A DNA stretch of 64,000 nt. It comes from Candidatus Dojkabacteria bacterium (GTDB lineage Bacteria; Patescibacteriota; Dojkabacteria; SC72). Of this stretch, positions 19,159 to 27,796 are shown one piece after another. A program made the translations under genes and the position numbers. Location: the NCBI GenBank assembly GCA_050950145.1, contig JBMNHB010000001.1, forward strand, positions 428,820 through 492,819. The letters run 5' to 3'. Positions within the stretch are counted from its first letter, which is position 1. Every line of letters begins with the position of its first letter. Below the pieces are notes generated by a model that was not told the origin of the DNA, did not search any database, and saw nothing but the letters and a program-made list of their open reading frames with translations.

Positions 19159-19839
19159 ATGAACTTACAACTAACTAGTCCGTATATTAAATGCCCATAT
19201 GGTTGCCCATATTGTGTATCAGCTTTCGATGGAGAAAATCCCTACAACGATGATTTCTACAATAATAATACAGAGCTGTATTTAGAAAGATTAAACAAAG
19301 CTATAACAAATCATAATATATCTACTGTTGTCATAACTGGAATGACAGAACCAACATTGTTTCCTAACTTTATAAACAATGTCTTAAAAGTACTATCTAA
19401 CCATCAAAATTGTCAAGTAGAAATACAAACCGCTAATCTGAATTTCAAAGGTCTTCCTGAAATAGATGTAGTAGCATACTCTATGAGTAAAATTCCAACA
19501 AAACTCCCAGTTGCCAATTTTGGAATTACAAGATATACAATTATTTTAACAGATCAATTGTCATATGCCGATATCATAGAATTAAGAAAAAGAGTTGGAG
19601 ATGACAAACAGATTACAGTTAAGTATTTACAAAAAACATCAAATCACCATCCAAAGGTTGATGTGTATATAGAACAACACAGGAAAACTTTTTCAACTAT
19701 AGAAGCTAAAACATTAAGAGAGAAATATAATGTATGGGTTGATGAATCATGCATGGATAGTACAAACAGATATCTGGTATACAGAACAAATGGTAATTTA
19801 TATTCTACATGGGATTTTAACTCTCAGATAGAGATATAA
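19159..19839 (+). CDS. Small radical SAM enzyme, island member 1 (activase/QueE-sized, 226 aa).
   Basis: CPYGCPYC (Cx3Cx2C) at residues 12-19. VVITGMTEPT sits where the GGEP SAM-binding motif is expected. Confidence 0.6.
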   Translation: MNLQLTSPYIKCPYGCPYCVSAFDGENPYNDDFYNNNTELYLERLNKAITNHNISTVVITGMTEPTLFPNFINNVLKVLSNHQNCQVEIQTANLNFKGLPEIDVVAYSMSKIPTKLPVANFGITRYTIILTDQLSYADIIELRKRVGDDKQITVKYLQKTSNHHPKVDVYIEQHRKTFSTIEAKTLREKYNVWVDESCMDSTNRYLVYRTNGNLYSTWDFNSQIEI

Positions 19840-19907
19840 TCCATCATAAACACTCATTAGATTAAAGCACTTCATTTAGCTTCTGCTTTACAACCATTTC
19901 CATATGC

Positions 19908-19936
19908 TTGACAAGTTACCATAGTGGTGATATTAT
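19908..19936 (+). promoter_or_regulatory. Sigma70-type promoter for the radical SAM 2-3-4 plus kinase operon.
   Basis: TTGACA (19908..19913), 17-nt spacer, TATTAT (19931..19936). This sits about 40 nt upstream of the 19976 start codon. Confidence 0.4.
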
Positions 19937-19975
19937 CAAAATGTAAATAACACACATCTATATTAAAACAACACA

Positions 19976-20647
19976 ATGGAACTAATAAGAATATATATAA
20001 ATCTAACCAACAAGTGTAATGCGGATTGCGAATTTTGCTGCATGTGGTCCGAATCATCAAAAACCACTTTCATCTCATTTGATAAATTTAAAGAAATTAT
20101 AGACTCATATGATGATGACTTCGAACTTCAACTCGAAGGCGGAGAACCACTCCTACACAAAGACTTATATCTATTTATAGAATACGCTCAAAGTACAAAT
20201 AGATGTAAGAAAATAATCATAGTAACAAATGGCATATTACTTAAAAGACATATACATAGATTAGTTGAACTTCACAAATGGTACAAAACACCTGTTCTTA
20301 TAAAAATTAGTATCAACTATTGGTTATATAACATGAATAAGAATTGTATAGATGAGGCTAAAGATTTACACCTCTCTACTGAATTCATAAAAGACTTCAA
20401 CATTATTTTAAATGTAAGATTGAGAAAAAAAGATGATTGGTTAAAAAAATTAATAAAAGAAAAAGATTTAGAGAGGATATCAAATCTTTACTATCTACAA
20501 CGATATGGAAAATATGAAAACGAAAGTGAATATGATTTGCCTGTAATTGTCCAGAATGTTGATGATTGGTATATTTACTCCTGCGATGGTAAAAACTTTA
20601 AGCAAGATTTAATAGCAAGAAGTAATTATGAAAGGGGGTTAAAATAA
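19976..20647 (+). CDS. Small radical SAM enzyme, island member 2 (223 aa).
   Basis: NLTNKCNADCEFC (Cx3Cx2C). LEGGEPLL glycine-rich SAM motif. IVTNG and KISIN motifs. Its stop overlaps the next start (ATGA). Confidence 0.7.
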   Translation: MELIRIYINLTNKCNADCEFCCMWSESSKTTFISFDKFKEIIDSYDDDFELQLEGGEPLLHKDLYLFIEYAQSTNRCKKIIIVTNGILLKRHIHRLVELHKWYKTPVLIKISINYWLYNMNKNCIDEAKDLHLSTEFIKDFNIILNVRLRKKDDWLKKLIKEKDLERISNLYYLQRYGKYENESEYDLPVIVQNVDDWYIYSCDGKNFKQDLIARSNYERGLK

Positions 20648-21630
20648 TGAATACAATAAAATTTACACCAGCAAGTAATGAAAGAACTGAAACACACAAT
20701 ATAGAGGTTTATGACATCAAAGAGAAGATTTTTAATAAAAAGAAATACAGAGTATACGGGAATGCTTCCCTGACAATATATATAACTAACAAATGTAATG
20801 CTAATTGTCCTTTCTGTATGAATAAATACAAGGATAATTATCTCTACTCCAAAGAGATTAATAGCGATAAAGAATATATTGAAAGACTAGATTATGTATT
20901 AAACCAACTAAAAGATTTAAACCCAGCAATAGCTATAACTGGTGGAGAACCAACAAAAAGTTCAAAATTAGTACCAACCTTACAACTTATTAAAAGATAT
21001 GGATACAAATATAAAAGTTTCTCAACCAATGGTAGTGGCTTGCTAGATTTAGTTGACAACAAACCAATACTACAACATATGTTAGAAAACAATGTAGTTC
21101 AGAATATAAATATTAGTCGCATGCATTCAGATCAAAGAGTAAATTCAAAACTTATGATGACTCCATATGCGATCTCTAATGAAGATGTAAAAAGGATTGC
21201 AACATTCTGTAACATAAACGGGATGGGAGTTAGAATGGGATGTACTCTACAAAAGGGGGGAGTAACAAACTTAAAAGAAATACTAGATTATAGAGATTTC
21301 TATAAAAACCTCGGAGTTGAAACTACACTCTTTAGGGAGTTAGTCAACATTAAGAAATCTGCACCTAATTATGACAGTTATATGAACAAATTGGTTGACA
21401 TATCAGAAATAGTTAGAGAATTAAGAAAAAATCAAAAATTTAAACATATTAGAGATATGGAGGGACTCTATTACTCTGTACAAGTATTTTCTTATGAAGA
21501 TTCTATTGTCAAGTGTTATACAGAAAAAGATTATGATAATGACATTATAAGAGATTTCGTTTTCTATGCAGATGGACGTTTGATGGATACAGATTGGAAT
21601 AACAGGAGTAAGGTTTTATTAAATTATTAA
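20647..21630 (+). CDS. Radical SAM enzyme, island member 3 (327 aa). Viperin/MoaA-like core with no auxiliary-cluster cysteines.
   Basis: IYITNKCNANCPFC, ITGGEPT, FSTNGS and NISRMHSDQRVN sit at spacings like viperin (YHFTRQCNYKCGFC ... SGGEPF ... SNGS ... ISCDSFDEEVN). No SPASM/twitch CxxC clusters are present. Confidence 0.65.
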   Translation: MNTIKFTPASNERTETHNIEVYDIKEKIFNKKKYRVYGNASLTIYITNKCNANCPFCMNKYKDNYLYSKEINSDKEYIERLDYVLNQLKDLNPAIAITGGEPTKSSKLVPTLQLIKRYGYKYKSFSTNGSGLLDLVDNKPILQHMLENNVVQNINISRMHSDQRVNSKLMMTPYAISNEDVKRIATFCNINGMGVRMGCTLQKGGVTNLKEILDYRDFYKNLGVETTLFRELVNIKKSAPNYDSYMNKLVDISEIVRELRKNQKFKHIRDMEGLYYSVQVFSYEDSIVKCYTEKDYDNDIIRDFVFYADGRLMDTDWNNRSKVLLNY

Positions 21631-21640
21631 ATGTAAAAAC

Positions 21641-22666
21641 ATGTCAGAATTTGAAAAACTAAGATATACACGTCAAGCAAATTTTGACATAAATCAAAAG
21701 GAGCTTATAGATTTTGACTTTGATGGGTTAAAGAAAAAGGTCTACGGAAATTGTAATCTATCAATATTTGTTGATGATTTCTGTAATGCCGACTGTAAAT
21801 TCTGTGTAGCACAACTACGATATGAGAATGTGGCTAAAATCTATAAAAAAGAAACAATTAAGAATACTAATGAATACTACAAAAGGTTAGATAAAGTGCT
21901 AACAAAGTTAGAACCCCTTAATCTAAGTGTTTCATTAACTGGTGGAGAACCAACTGCATCACCTAAGTTACTAGGTATTCTAGAACTCTTAGAGAAACAT
22001 AATATGAGAAAAAGAACCATCACTACAAATGGAAGCTACCTATTACACAAGATAAATGGAGAAAGTATCCTTGATTTACTAATCAAATATAACTTTGATC
22101 ATTTGAATATTAGTAAAACACACTATGATGATAACATAAACAGGAAAATAATGAGATATAGAGAAGGGTATTGCTCTAATGAAGATTTAGCACGAATAAT
22201 ACTATATGCTTTGGAAAGAAAGTTAAGACCAAGACTAAGTTGTCTCTTGCTAAAAAGTGGGATCAGTACAATGCAAGATATAGAGAACTACATTCAATTC
22301 TATGAAAAACTTGGAATTGATAATGTCATCTTCAGAGAACTTATGGATTATGATGAAAAATCTATGTCGAATATCGAAAAAATGAAATATTGCAAAGAAA
22401 ACAAAGTAGTACTGAATAACATCTGGAAAGAAATTGATAAAAACCCCAAATTTGTACCTATCAAAAATATTTTAGGGTATTATTACTATGTAGAGATATA
22501 CCAATATAACAATGTAGTTGTATGCTCTGAATCTGCAGACCTAAAAAAGCTATATGCAGAGAAAGCTAAACATAAAGATAAAGTCTATGAAATGGTTTTC
22601 CACCCAAATGGAAATCTTAATGGTAGCTGGGTAGATAATGAAGATATTTTAATGAAATATGAATAA
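21641..22666 (+). CDS. Radical SAM enzyme, island member 4 (341 aa), a paralog of member 3.
   Basis: VDDFCNADCKFC, LTGGEPT, ITTNGS, NISKTHYDDNIN. It shares the N-terminal KKxVYGN.(S)L(T/S)I signature with the 20647 ORF. Confidence 0.65.
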   Translation: MSEFEKLRYTRQANFDINQKELIDFDFDGLKKKVYGNCNLSIFVDDFCNADCKFCVAQLRYENVAKIYKKETIKNTNEYYKRLDKVLTKLEPLNLSVSLTGGEPTASPKLLGILELLEKHNMRKRTITTNGSYLLHKINGESILDLLIKYNFDHLNISKTHYDDNINRKIMRYREGYCSNEDLARIILYALERKLRPRLSCLLLKSGISTMQDIENYIQFYEKLGIDNVIFRELMDYDEKSMSNIEKMKYCKENKVVLNNIWKEIDKNPKFVPIKNILGYYYYVEIYQYNNVVVCSESADLKKLYAEKAKHKDKVYEMVFHPNGNLNGSWVDNEDILMKYE

Positions 22667-23231
22667 AGAGAAAAAGAAAAAACATATTGTAATTGGAGGA
22701 GCTAGTAGATCAGGAAAAACTACCTTAGCTTCTATGATACGAAAAAAGAAACCCTACTACAATTACATTCCTATGGATAGTATAAAAAGAGGGATATTTA
22801 ATAATTTTGTCAAAAGTAATGGGAAAAGATGGCCTCAGGCAAGCCCTAAATTGGTAAAACTTATGAACACCATCATGGAATCAAACAACTCTAATATCAA
22901 CAAGCATTTTTACATATTTGATATCCCAATATTGTATCCTCGAGATGTTGTAAATCTAAACAATAAAGACGCTATAGTAATATTCTTTGGTTATCCCAAT
23001 ATAACCACAAAAAAGAAGATAAGATTAATTCAAAAACATGACTCTAAATGTTCTTGGTCCTATGGATTAAGTAAAGATAAGCTAAAAAAAATTGTAGTTT
23101 CAAACATTAAATTTAGCAAAGTTTTAGAAAAAGAGTGTAAAGATTTAAATATAGAATTTTTTGACACATCAAAAAACAGAGAAGTTATTTTAAAAAAGGC
23201 ATTAAAATATCTAGAGGCACAAACCCTATAG
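22659..23231 (+). CDS. P-loop NTPase, probably a small-molecule/nucleotide kinase (AAA_33-like), translationally coupled to radical SAM 4.
   Basis: Walker A GGASRSGKTT. 190 aa. Its start overlaps the preceding stop codon. Confidence 0.55.
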   Translation: MNKEKKKKHIVIGGASRSGKTTLASMIRKKKPYYNYIPMDSIKRGIFNNFVKSNGKRWPQASPKLVKLMNTIMESNNSNINKHFYIFDIPILYPRDVVNLNNKDAIVIFFGYPNITTKKKIRLIQKHDSKCSWSYGLSKDKLKKIVVSNIKFSKVLEKECKDLNIEFFDTSKNREVILKKALKYLEAQTL

Positions 23232-23248
23232 TACATATAGTGAGTTTC

Positions 23249-23293
23249 TGATATAATGCATGTGTAAATATATCACTTAGTGAATTTACACAT
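23249..23293 (+). promoter_or_regulatory. Extended -10 promoter plus a 9-bp inverted-repeat operator candidate upstream of pncB.
   Basis: TGaTATAAT (23249..23257). Inverted repeat TGTGTAAAT (23261..23269) / ATTTACACA (23285..23293) with 15-nt spacing. The AAAGGAG RBS follows, then the ATG at 23362. Confidence 0.35.
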
Positions 23294-23361
23294 CGTTCCT
23301 TATTGTTCTTTAAAAATCAAAAAAATTTATAGAAATAGTCAAGTAGTAAAGGAGAAAAACA

Positions 23362-24807
23362 ATGAATAAAGTTATAGACTTTTATGAGCTAACAATGGCT
23401 CAGGTTGATTACTTTCACGGCTTCAAAAACCTATGGCAATGCTTTGATGTCTATTTCAGAAATGATAGACGAGAAGAAGCAGAACAGAAGGGGTACTCTA
23501 TAAGTGCAGGTTTAAATGAAATCATCGATTACATTCAGAACCTGTCATTCTCTAAGGAAGAAATAGACTACCTGAGCAAGAATAGTGACTTGAAAAAAGA
23601 GTTCTTAGAATATTTAAGAACATTCAAGTTTACTGGAGATGTGTATGCCATTCCAGATGGTACACCCATTTTCCCGAACGAGCCTGTAATAACAGTATGG
23701 GCTCCAGCAATTGAAGCGAAAATCATTGAGACAGACATATTGAATCGCTTCAATCATGGGTCAATGATTGCTACCAAGGCAAAAAGAATTGTCCATGCCG
23801 CAGCAGGAAGATCAGTAATGGAGTTCGGAGCTCGAAGAGCACAAGGACTAACAGCAGCTATAAACGGCGCGAAATATGCTTACATGGCAGGGTGCGCTGG
23901 CACATCGTGCTATGGAACAGGGCTAGAATACAATGTTCCACTACTTGGAACTATGGCACATAGTCTCGTAACCCAATTTGATACTGAATATGAAGCTTTC
24001 ATTGCATATGCAAGAGAGTTTCCACACAATACTGTGCTACTCGTGGATACATACGACACACTAAGAAGTGGAGTACCTAATGCTATAAGAGTAGCAAAGG
24101 AATATCTTGAACCTCTAGGTCAAAGATTGAAGGGTATTCGTTTGGATAGTGGGGACTTAGCCTACCTTGCCAAGCAAGCAAGAAAAATGCTTGATGAGGC
24201 AGGATTACAAGACTGCAAAATTGTAGCATCCAATTCCTTGGATGAGTACACTATCCAAAGTCTGCTTGCACAGGGAGCGCCCATCGATTCCTTTGGAGTT
24301 GGTGAAAACCTCATCACTTCAAAAAGGACCCCTGTTTTTGGAGGTGTCTACAAGCTTGCTGCAATAAAGAAGGGTCGTTCAATCATTCCTACAATCAAAG
24401 TGAGCGAAGACAATACAAAGACTACCACACCAGGGTTTAAGAAGGTATATCGTTTCTACGATGAGGATACTGGCTTTGCTCTTGGCGACTTAGTTGCCTT
24501 AGCAGATGAGGTAATTCCTACCGACCAGTATAGGTTAGTAGACCATAACCATCCTTGGAAATACAAAGATCTGTCGAATTATGTATTGAAAGAACTTCAA
24601 GTTCCAATTTTCCAAAAGGGAAAGTTGGTTTACAATGTCCCATCACTCGAAGAGAGCCAGGATTATTGTTCAAGAGAATTTCAAACTCTCTATCCAGAAG
24701 TCATACGTTTAGACAATCCGCATGGCTACTACGTTGACCTTTCTGTCAAACTGGCAGATATGAGGAATCGAATGATCTTTGAACAAAGAGGCGTTCAATA
24801 CTGCTAA
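23362..24807 (+). CDS. pncB: Nicotinate phosphoribosyltransferase.
   Basis: N-terminus MNKVIDFYELTMAQVDYFHG. NAPRTase family length and architecture (481 aa). Confidence 0.85.
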   Translation: MNKVIDFYELTMAQVDYFHGFKNLWQCFDVYFRNDRREEAEQKGYSISAGLNEIIDYIQNLSFSKEEIDYLSKNSDLKKEFLEYLRTFKFTGDVYAIPDGTPIFPNEPVITVWAPAIEAKIIETDILNRFNHGSMIATKAKRIVHAAAGRSVMEFGARRAQGLTAAINGAKYAYMAGCAGTSCYGTGLEYNVPLLGTMAHSLVTQFDTEYEAFIAYAREFPHNTVLLVDTYDTLRSGVPNAIRVAKEYLEPLGQRLKGIRLDSGDLAYLAKQARKMLDEAGLQDCKIVASNSLDEYTIQSLLAQGAPIDSFGVGENLITSKRTPVFGGVYKLAAIKKGRSIIPTIKVSEDNTKTTTPGFKKVYRFYDEDTGFALGDLVALADEVIPTDQYRLVDHNHPWKYKDLSNYVLKELQVPIFQKGKLVYNVPSLEESQDYCSREFQTLYPEVIRLDNPHGYYVDLSVKLADMRNRMIFEQRGVQYC

Positions 24808-24825
24808 ACAATAAGGAACGGAAAA

Positions 24826-24901
24826 GCACCACAAGAGGTAAGATATATGTACAACAATGTACACTCTAATATCTTAAACCAACCTCAAGTGGTGCTTTTT
24901 T
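24826..24901 (+). terminator. Candidate intrinsic terminator after pncB (long stem, large loop with an inner palindrome, then a T-run).
   Basis: GCACCACAAGAGGT (24826..24839) pairs with ACCTCAAGTGGTGC (24882..24895) with 2 mismatches. TTTTTT follows at 24896..24901. Confidence 0.35.
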
Positions 24902-24921
24902 CATAAATAAAGGTATGCCCC

Positions 24922-24950
24922 TTGACAAACAACCCTGTTCTTACTATAAT
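24922..24950 (+). promoter_or_regulatory. Perfect-consensus sigma70 promoter for pncA-nadE-nadD-nrtR.
   Basis: TTGACA (24922..24927), 17-nt spacer, TATAAT (24945..24950). An AT-rich palindrome TTAATAT...ATATTAA (24951..24982) lies between the -10 and the ATG at 24984. Confidence 0.5.
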
Positions 24951-24983
24951 GTTAATATCAATATAAATTAATATTAATATATA

Positions 24984-25604
24984 ATGAAAAACAAAGAAAC
25001 AAAACTGCTCATTGTTGTGGATATGGTTAATGGTTTTGTAAAAGAAGGTGCACTTGCAGATCCCAAGATTGCAAAAATAGTACCTGAAATTACAAGACTC
25101 ATTGAACAAACAATAGATGAAGGCAATCGTGTTGTATTTGTTAAAGACACACACCATGAAAACAGTAAGGAGTTTGAGTCTTTTCCTCCACACTGTATCA
25201 AAGGTACTTCAGAAGCAGAACTTATCGATGAATTTAAACTATATGAAGAGTTAGACTTAGCAACCTCATATGAAAAGAACTCAACAAGTACTATGTTTGC
25301 AAAAGGATTCCTTAAAGATTTAGAAGAGATGGAGGAGCTAAATGAAGTTGTAATCACTGGCTGCTGCACAGATATCTGTATTACAAATCTAGCAATTCCT
25401 CTTAAGAACTACCTTAATGAAAACGACAAGGATGTAAGAGTCATTGTTCCAGAAAATGCTGTAGATACATATGATAGTGAGTGGCATAACAGAGATGAGT
25501 GGAATCTAATGGGATTAGCAATGATGAAACAGGCTGGAGTAGAAGTGCTCAAGGAATACAAAGCAGAGACAGATATTCATCACGAATGGAAAACTATTAG
25601 CTAA
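24984..25604 (+). CDS. pncA: Nicotinamidase (isochorismatase family).
   Basis: The catalytic triad context is present: VVDMVNGF (Asp), K, and ITGCCTDICI (Cys). 206 aa. Confidence 0.8.
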   Translation: MKNKETKLLIVVDMVNGFVKEGALADPKIAKIVPEITRLIEQTIDEGNRVVFVKDTHHENSKEFESFPPHCIKGTSEAELIDEFKLYEELDLATSYEKNSTSTMFAKGFLKDLEEMEELNEVVITGCCTDICITNLAIPLKNYLNENDKDVRVIVPENAVDTYDSEWHNRDEWNLMGLAMMKQAGVEVLKEYKAETDIHHEWKTIS

Positions 25605-25625
25605 TTAAGCTTATAACCGAAAACA

Positions 25626-26384
25626 ATGAAGGATTTTAATGCAGAGAAAGAAACTAAAAACATAGTAGGATTCATAAAAGAACATTACAAAAAGAATAAT
25701 CTTGGTGGAGTTGTCATTGGAGTTAGTGGAGGAAAAGATAGTGGAATAGTACTAGGACTTCTTGTTAAAGCACTTGGAAAGGAAAATGTTGTTGCTGTAT
25801 GGATGCCTTGTCACTCTAAAGATCAAGATATGAAAGATGCTCAAGAAGTTACTGACTACTATGGTGTAGATTTACTCTCCTTTGACCTTACAAAAACATA
25901 TGATGTCTTTAAAAAGGAAGTAGAGAAGGTAATAGGGGAAGATGAAAAATATATGCTTAATGCAGATATCAATGTAAAACCACGAATGAGAATGACTACC
26001 CTTTACTACATTGCTGCATATATGACTGCTAAAACTGGAAAACAATATATTGTTGCAGGAACATCAAACAAGTGTGAGATATTCATCGGTTATTTTACCA
26101 AATGGGGTGATGGTGCAAGTGATATAGCAACAATTGCAGACTACACAGTAGAGGAAGTAATAAGGATTGGAGAGTATCTAAAAGTACCAAAGTCTTGTCT
26201 TTACAAAACTCCAGATGATGGACTCTCAGGATTAACAGATGAAGAAAAATTGGGAGTGAACTATAACGAGGTTATGAAGTATATGAAAGACCCTCAAAAA
26301 GTATCAAAAGAAGCTAGGGAGAAAATTAAAAAAATGCATGAGAGTTCTCAACATAAATTTAGCATACCAACATATAGAAGATAA
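25626..26384 (+). CDS. nadE: NH3-dependent NAD+ synthetase.
   Basis: PP-loop GVSGGKDSG. About 250 aa. Its stop overlaps the nadD start (TAATG). Confidence 0.9.
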   Translation: MKDFNAEKETKNIVGFIKEHYKKNNLGGVVIGVSGGKDSGIVLGLLVKALGKENVVAVWMPCHSKDQDMKDAQEVTDYYGVDLLSFDLTKTYDVFKKEVEKVIGEDEKYMLNADINVKPRMRMTTLYYIAAYMTAKTGKQYIVAGTSNKCEIFIGYFTKWGDGASDIATIADYTVEEVIRIGEYLKVPKSCLYKTPDDGLSGLTDEEKLGVNYNEVMKYMKDPQKVSKEAREKIKKMHESSQHKFSIPTYRR

Positions 26385-27010
26385 TGAGAATTGGAATATT
26401 TGGAGGGTCGTTTAATCCTCCACACAAAGGACATTATAAAATTGCTACAAATCTCATTAAAAATGGATATGTAGATAGAGTGATTTTTGTACCAACAGGT
26501 AAAGAATATCCAAAAGATGATTTAGTTGAAGACAAGCACAGGTTAAAAATGTTGAAGATTATGACAAGTCAAGATTCTAAGTTGGATGTCTCAGATTTTG
26601 AACAGAAAGCAGAGAGAGTATATACATATCAAACATTAGATTTCTTTCAAAAAAAGTATCCCAAAAACAATATATATTTCATATGTGGAAGTGATAATTT
26701 AGAATATTTTACCACATGGAAAAACTGGGAATATATACTTACTAATTACAAACTTTTAGTGCATATAAGAAGAATATTCTCATACCCTCAAGACTTAGAA
26801 AAATATAAAAAGAATGTAATATTTTTACAAAGAAGATATAATGTGTCCTCTACAGTTATTAGAGAGCTATTAAGAGATAAAAAGGATAGAAAATGCCTAA
26901 CAAGATTTTTAGATCCAAATGTATTAAAATATATTGAAAGGAAACATTTATATGAAAGAAACAAAGTATCATTCGGAAGAAGAGTTCTTACAACATTACA
27001 ATCCCAATGA
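26384..27010 (+). CDS. nadD: Nicotinate-nucleotide adenylyltransferase.
   Basis: GIFGGSFNPPHKGH (the (H/T)xGH motif) at the N-terminus. The C-terminal part contains the SxT-type motif. Confidence 0.85.
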   Translation: MRIGIFGGSFNPPHKGHYKIATNLIKNGYVDRVIFVPTGKEYPKDDLVEDKHRLKMLKIMTSQDSKLDVSDFEQKAERVYTYQTLDFFQKKYPKNNIYFICGSDNLEYFTTWKNWEYILTNYKLLVHIRRIFSYPQDLEKYKKNVIFLQRRYNVSSTVIRELLRDKKDRKCLTRFLDPNVLKYIERKHLYERNKVSFGRRVLTTLQSQ

Positions 27011-27791
27011 CTACGAAAGATTATCTGCGACAGTAGACATTTTAATTTTTAGTGTCTCGGATACTTTTACTGATAATTATAGAAAAACAAATAAGAAAAA
27101 CTTTAGTATTTTGCTCGTAAAGAGAAAGACTTATCCATTCAAAGACAAGTGGTGTTTACCAGGAGGGTTTGTTGATGTAAAAGAAACAATTGATGATGCT
27201 GCCAAGAAAGTACTCGCCAATGAAACAAATCTTCATAACATCTATATAGAACAACTATATACAATGGGTGAAGTTGATAGGGATCCAAGAATGAGAGTAA
27301 TTAGTATTTCGTATATGGCTTTAATAGATAAAAATCTTTTAGAAGATAAACTTCCCAAAAATGCAGATTGGTTTGATATTTCATTAAACGAAAATGAAGA
27401 ACAGATAGATGTTGAGTTAAAAGGAAAGAATGAGAAAATTAATTTTTCAGTGAAAAAAGAGTTAATAGAAAAAACTACAATGAAGTACCGATACAATGTT
27501 GTACAAAACGATAAGATTGCATTTGATCATCCAGTAGTAATTGCAATAGGAGTTGAAAGATTAAAGAATAAAATAGAATATACAGATATTGTATTTAATA
27601 TGATGCCAAAACTATTTACTTTAGGAGAATTACAAAAAGTATATGAGGTTATTCTAGATAAGAAACTATTAGCTCCAGCATTCAGAAGGATTATTAAGAA
27701 TAAAGTAGTTAAGACCAATAATATGAAAACAGGTGCAGGACATAGACCATCAGTACTATACAGGCACAAAAATATAAGAACTAGATATTAG
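26934..27791 (+). CDS. nrtR: Nudix-domain protein with a C-terminal winged-helix domain, a probable NrtR-type NAD-metabolism regulator. The start is uncertain because it overlaps nadD.
   Basis: A degenerate Nudix box GGFVDVKETIDDAAKKVLANETNL. The C-terminal FTLGELQKVYEVILDKKLLAPAFRRII resembles the NrtR wHTH signature (FTLSELQ.VYE.ILG...NFRRK). It is encoded in an NAD salvage operon. Confidence 0.55.
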   Translation: MKGNIYMKETKYHSEEEFLQHYNPNDYERLSATVDILIFSVSDTFTDNYRKTNKKNFSILLVKRKTYPFKDKWCLPGGFVDVKETIDDAAKKVLANETNLHNIYIEQLYTMGEVDRDPRMRVISISYMALIDKNLLEDKLPKNADWFDISLNENEEQIDVELKGKNEKINFSVKKELIEKTTMKYRYNVVQNDKIAFDHPVVIAIGVERLKNKIEYTDIVFNMMPKLFTLGELQKVYEVILDKKLLAPAFRRIIKNKVVKTNNMKTGAGHRPSVLYRHKNIRTRY

Positions 27792-27796
27792 TCTTA

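Noticed and set aside
19872-20060. Minus-strand 62-aa ORF and an inner 16-aa Cys-containing peptide (MVTCQAYGNGCKAEAK, 19919..19872) between radical SAM genes 1 and 2. Considered as a possible RiPP precursor.
   Set aside because: The long version overlaps the radical SAM 2 start by 85 nt on the opposite strand. The short peptide overlaps the near-consensus plus-strand promoter (TTGACA-17-TATTAT) and has no convincing RBS. No SPASM-type maturase is present. Kept only as a remote possibility.
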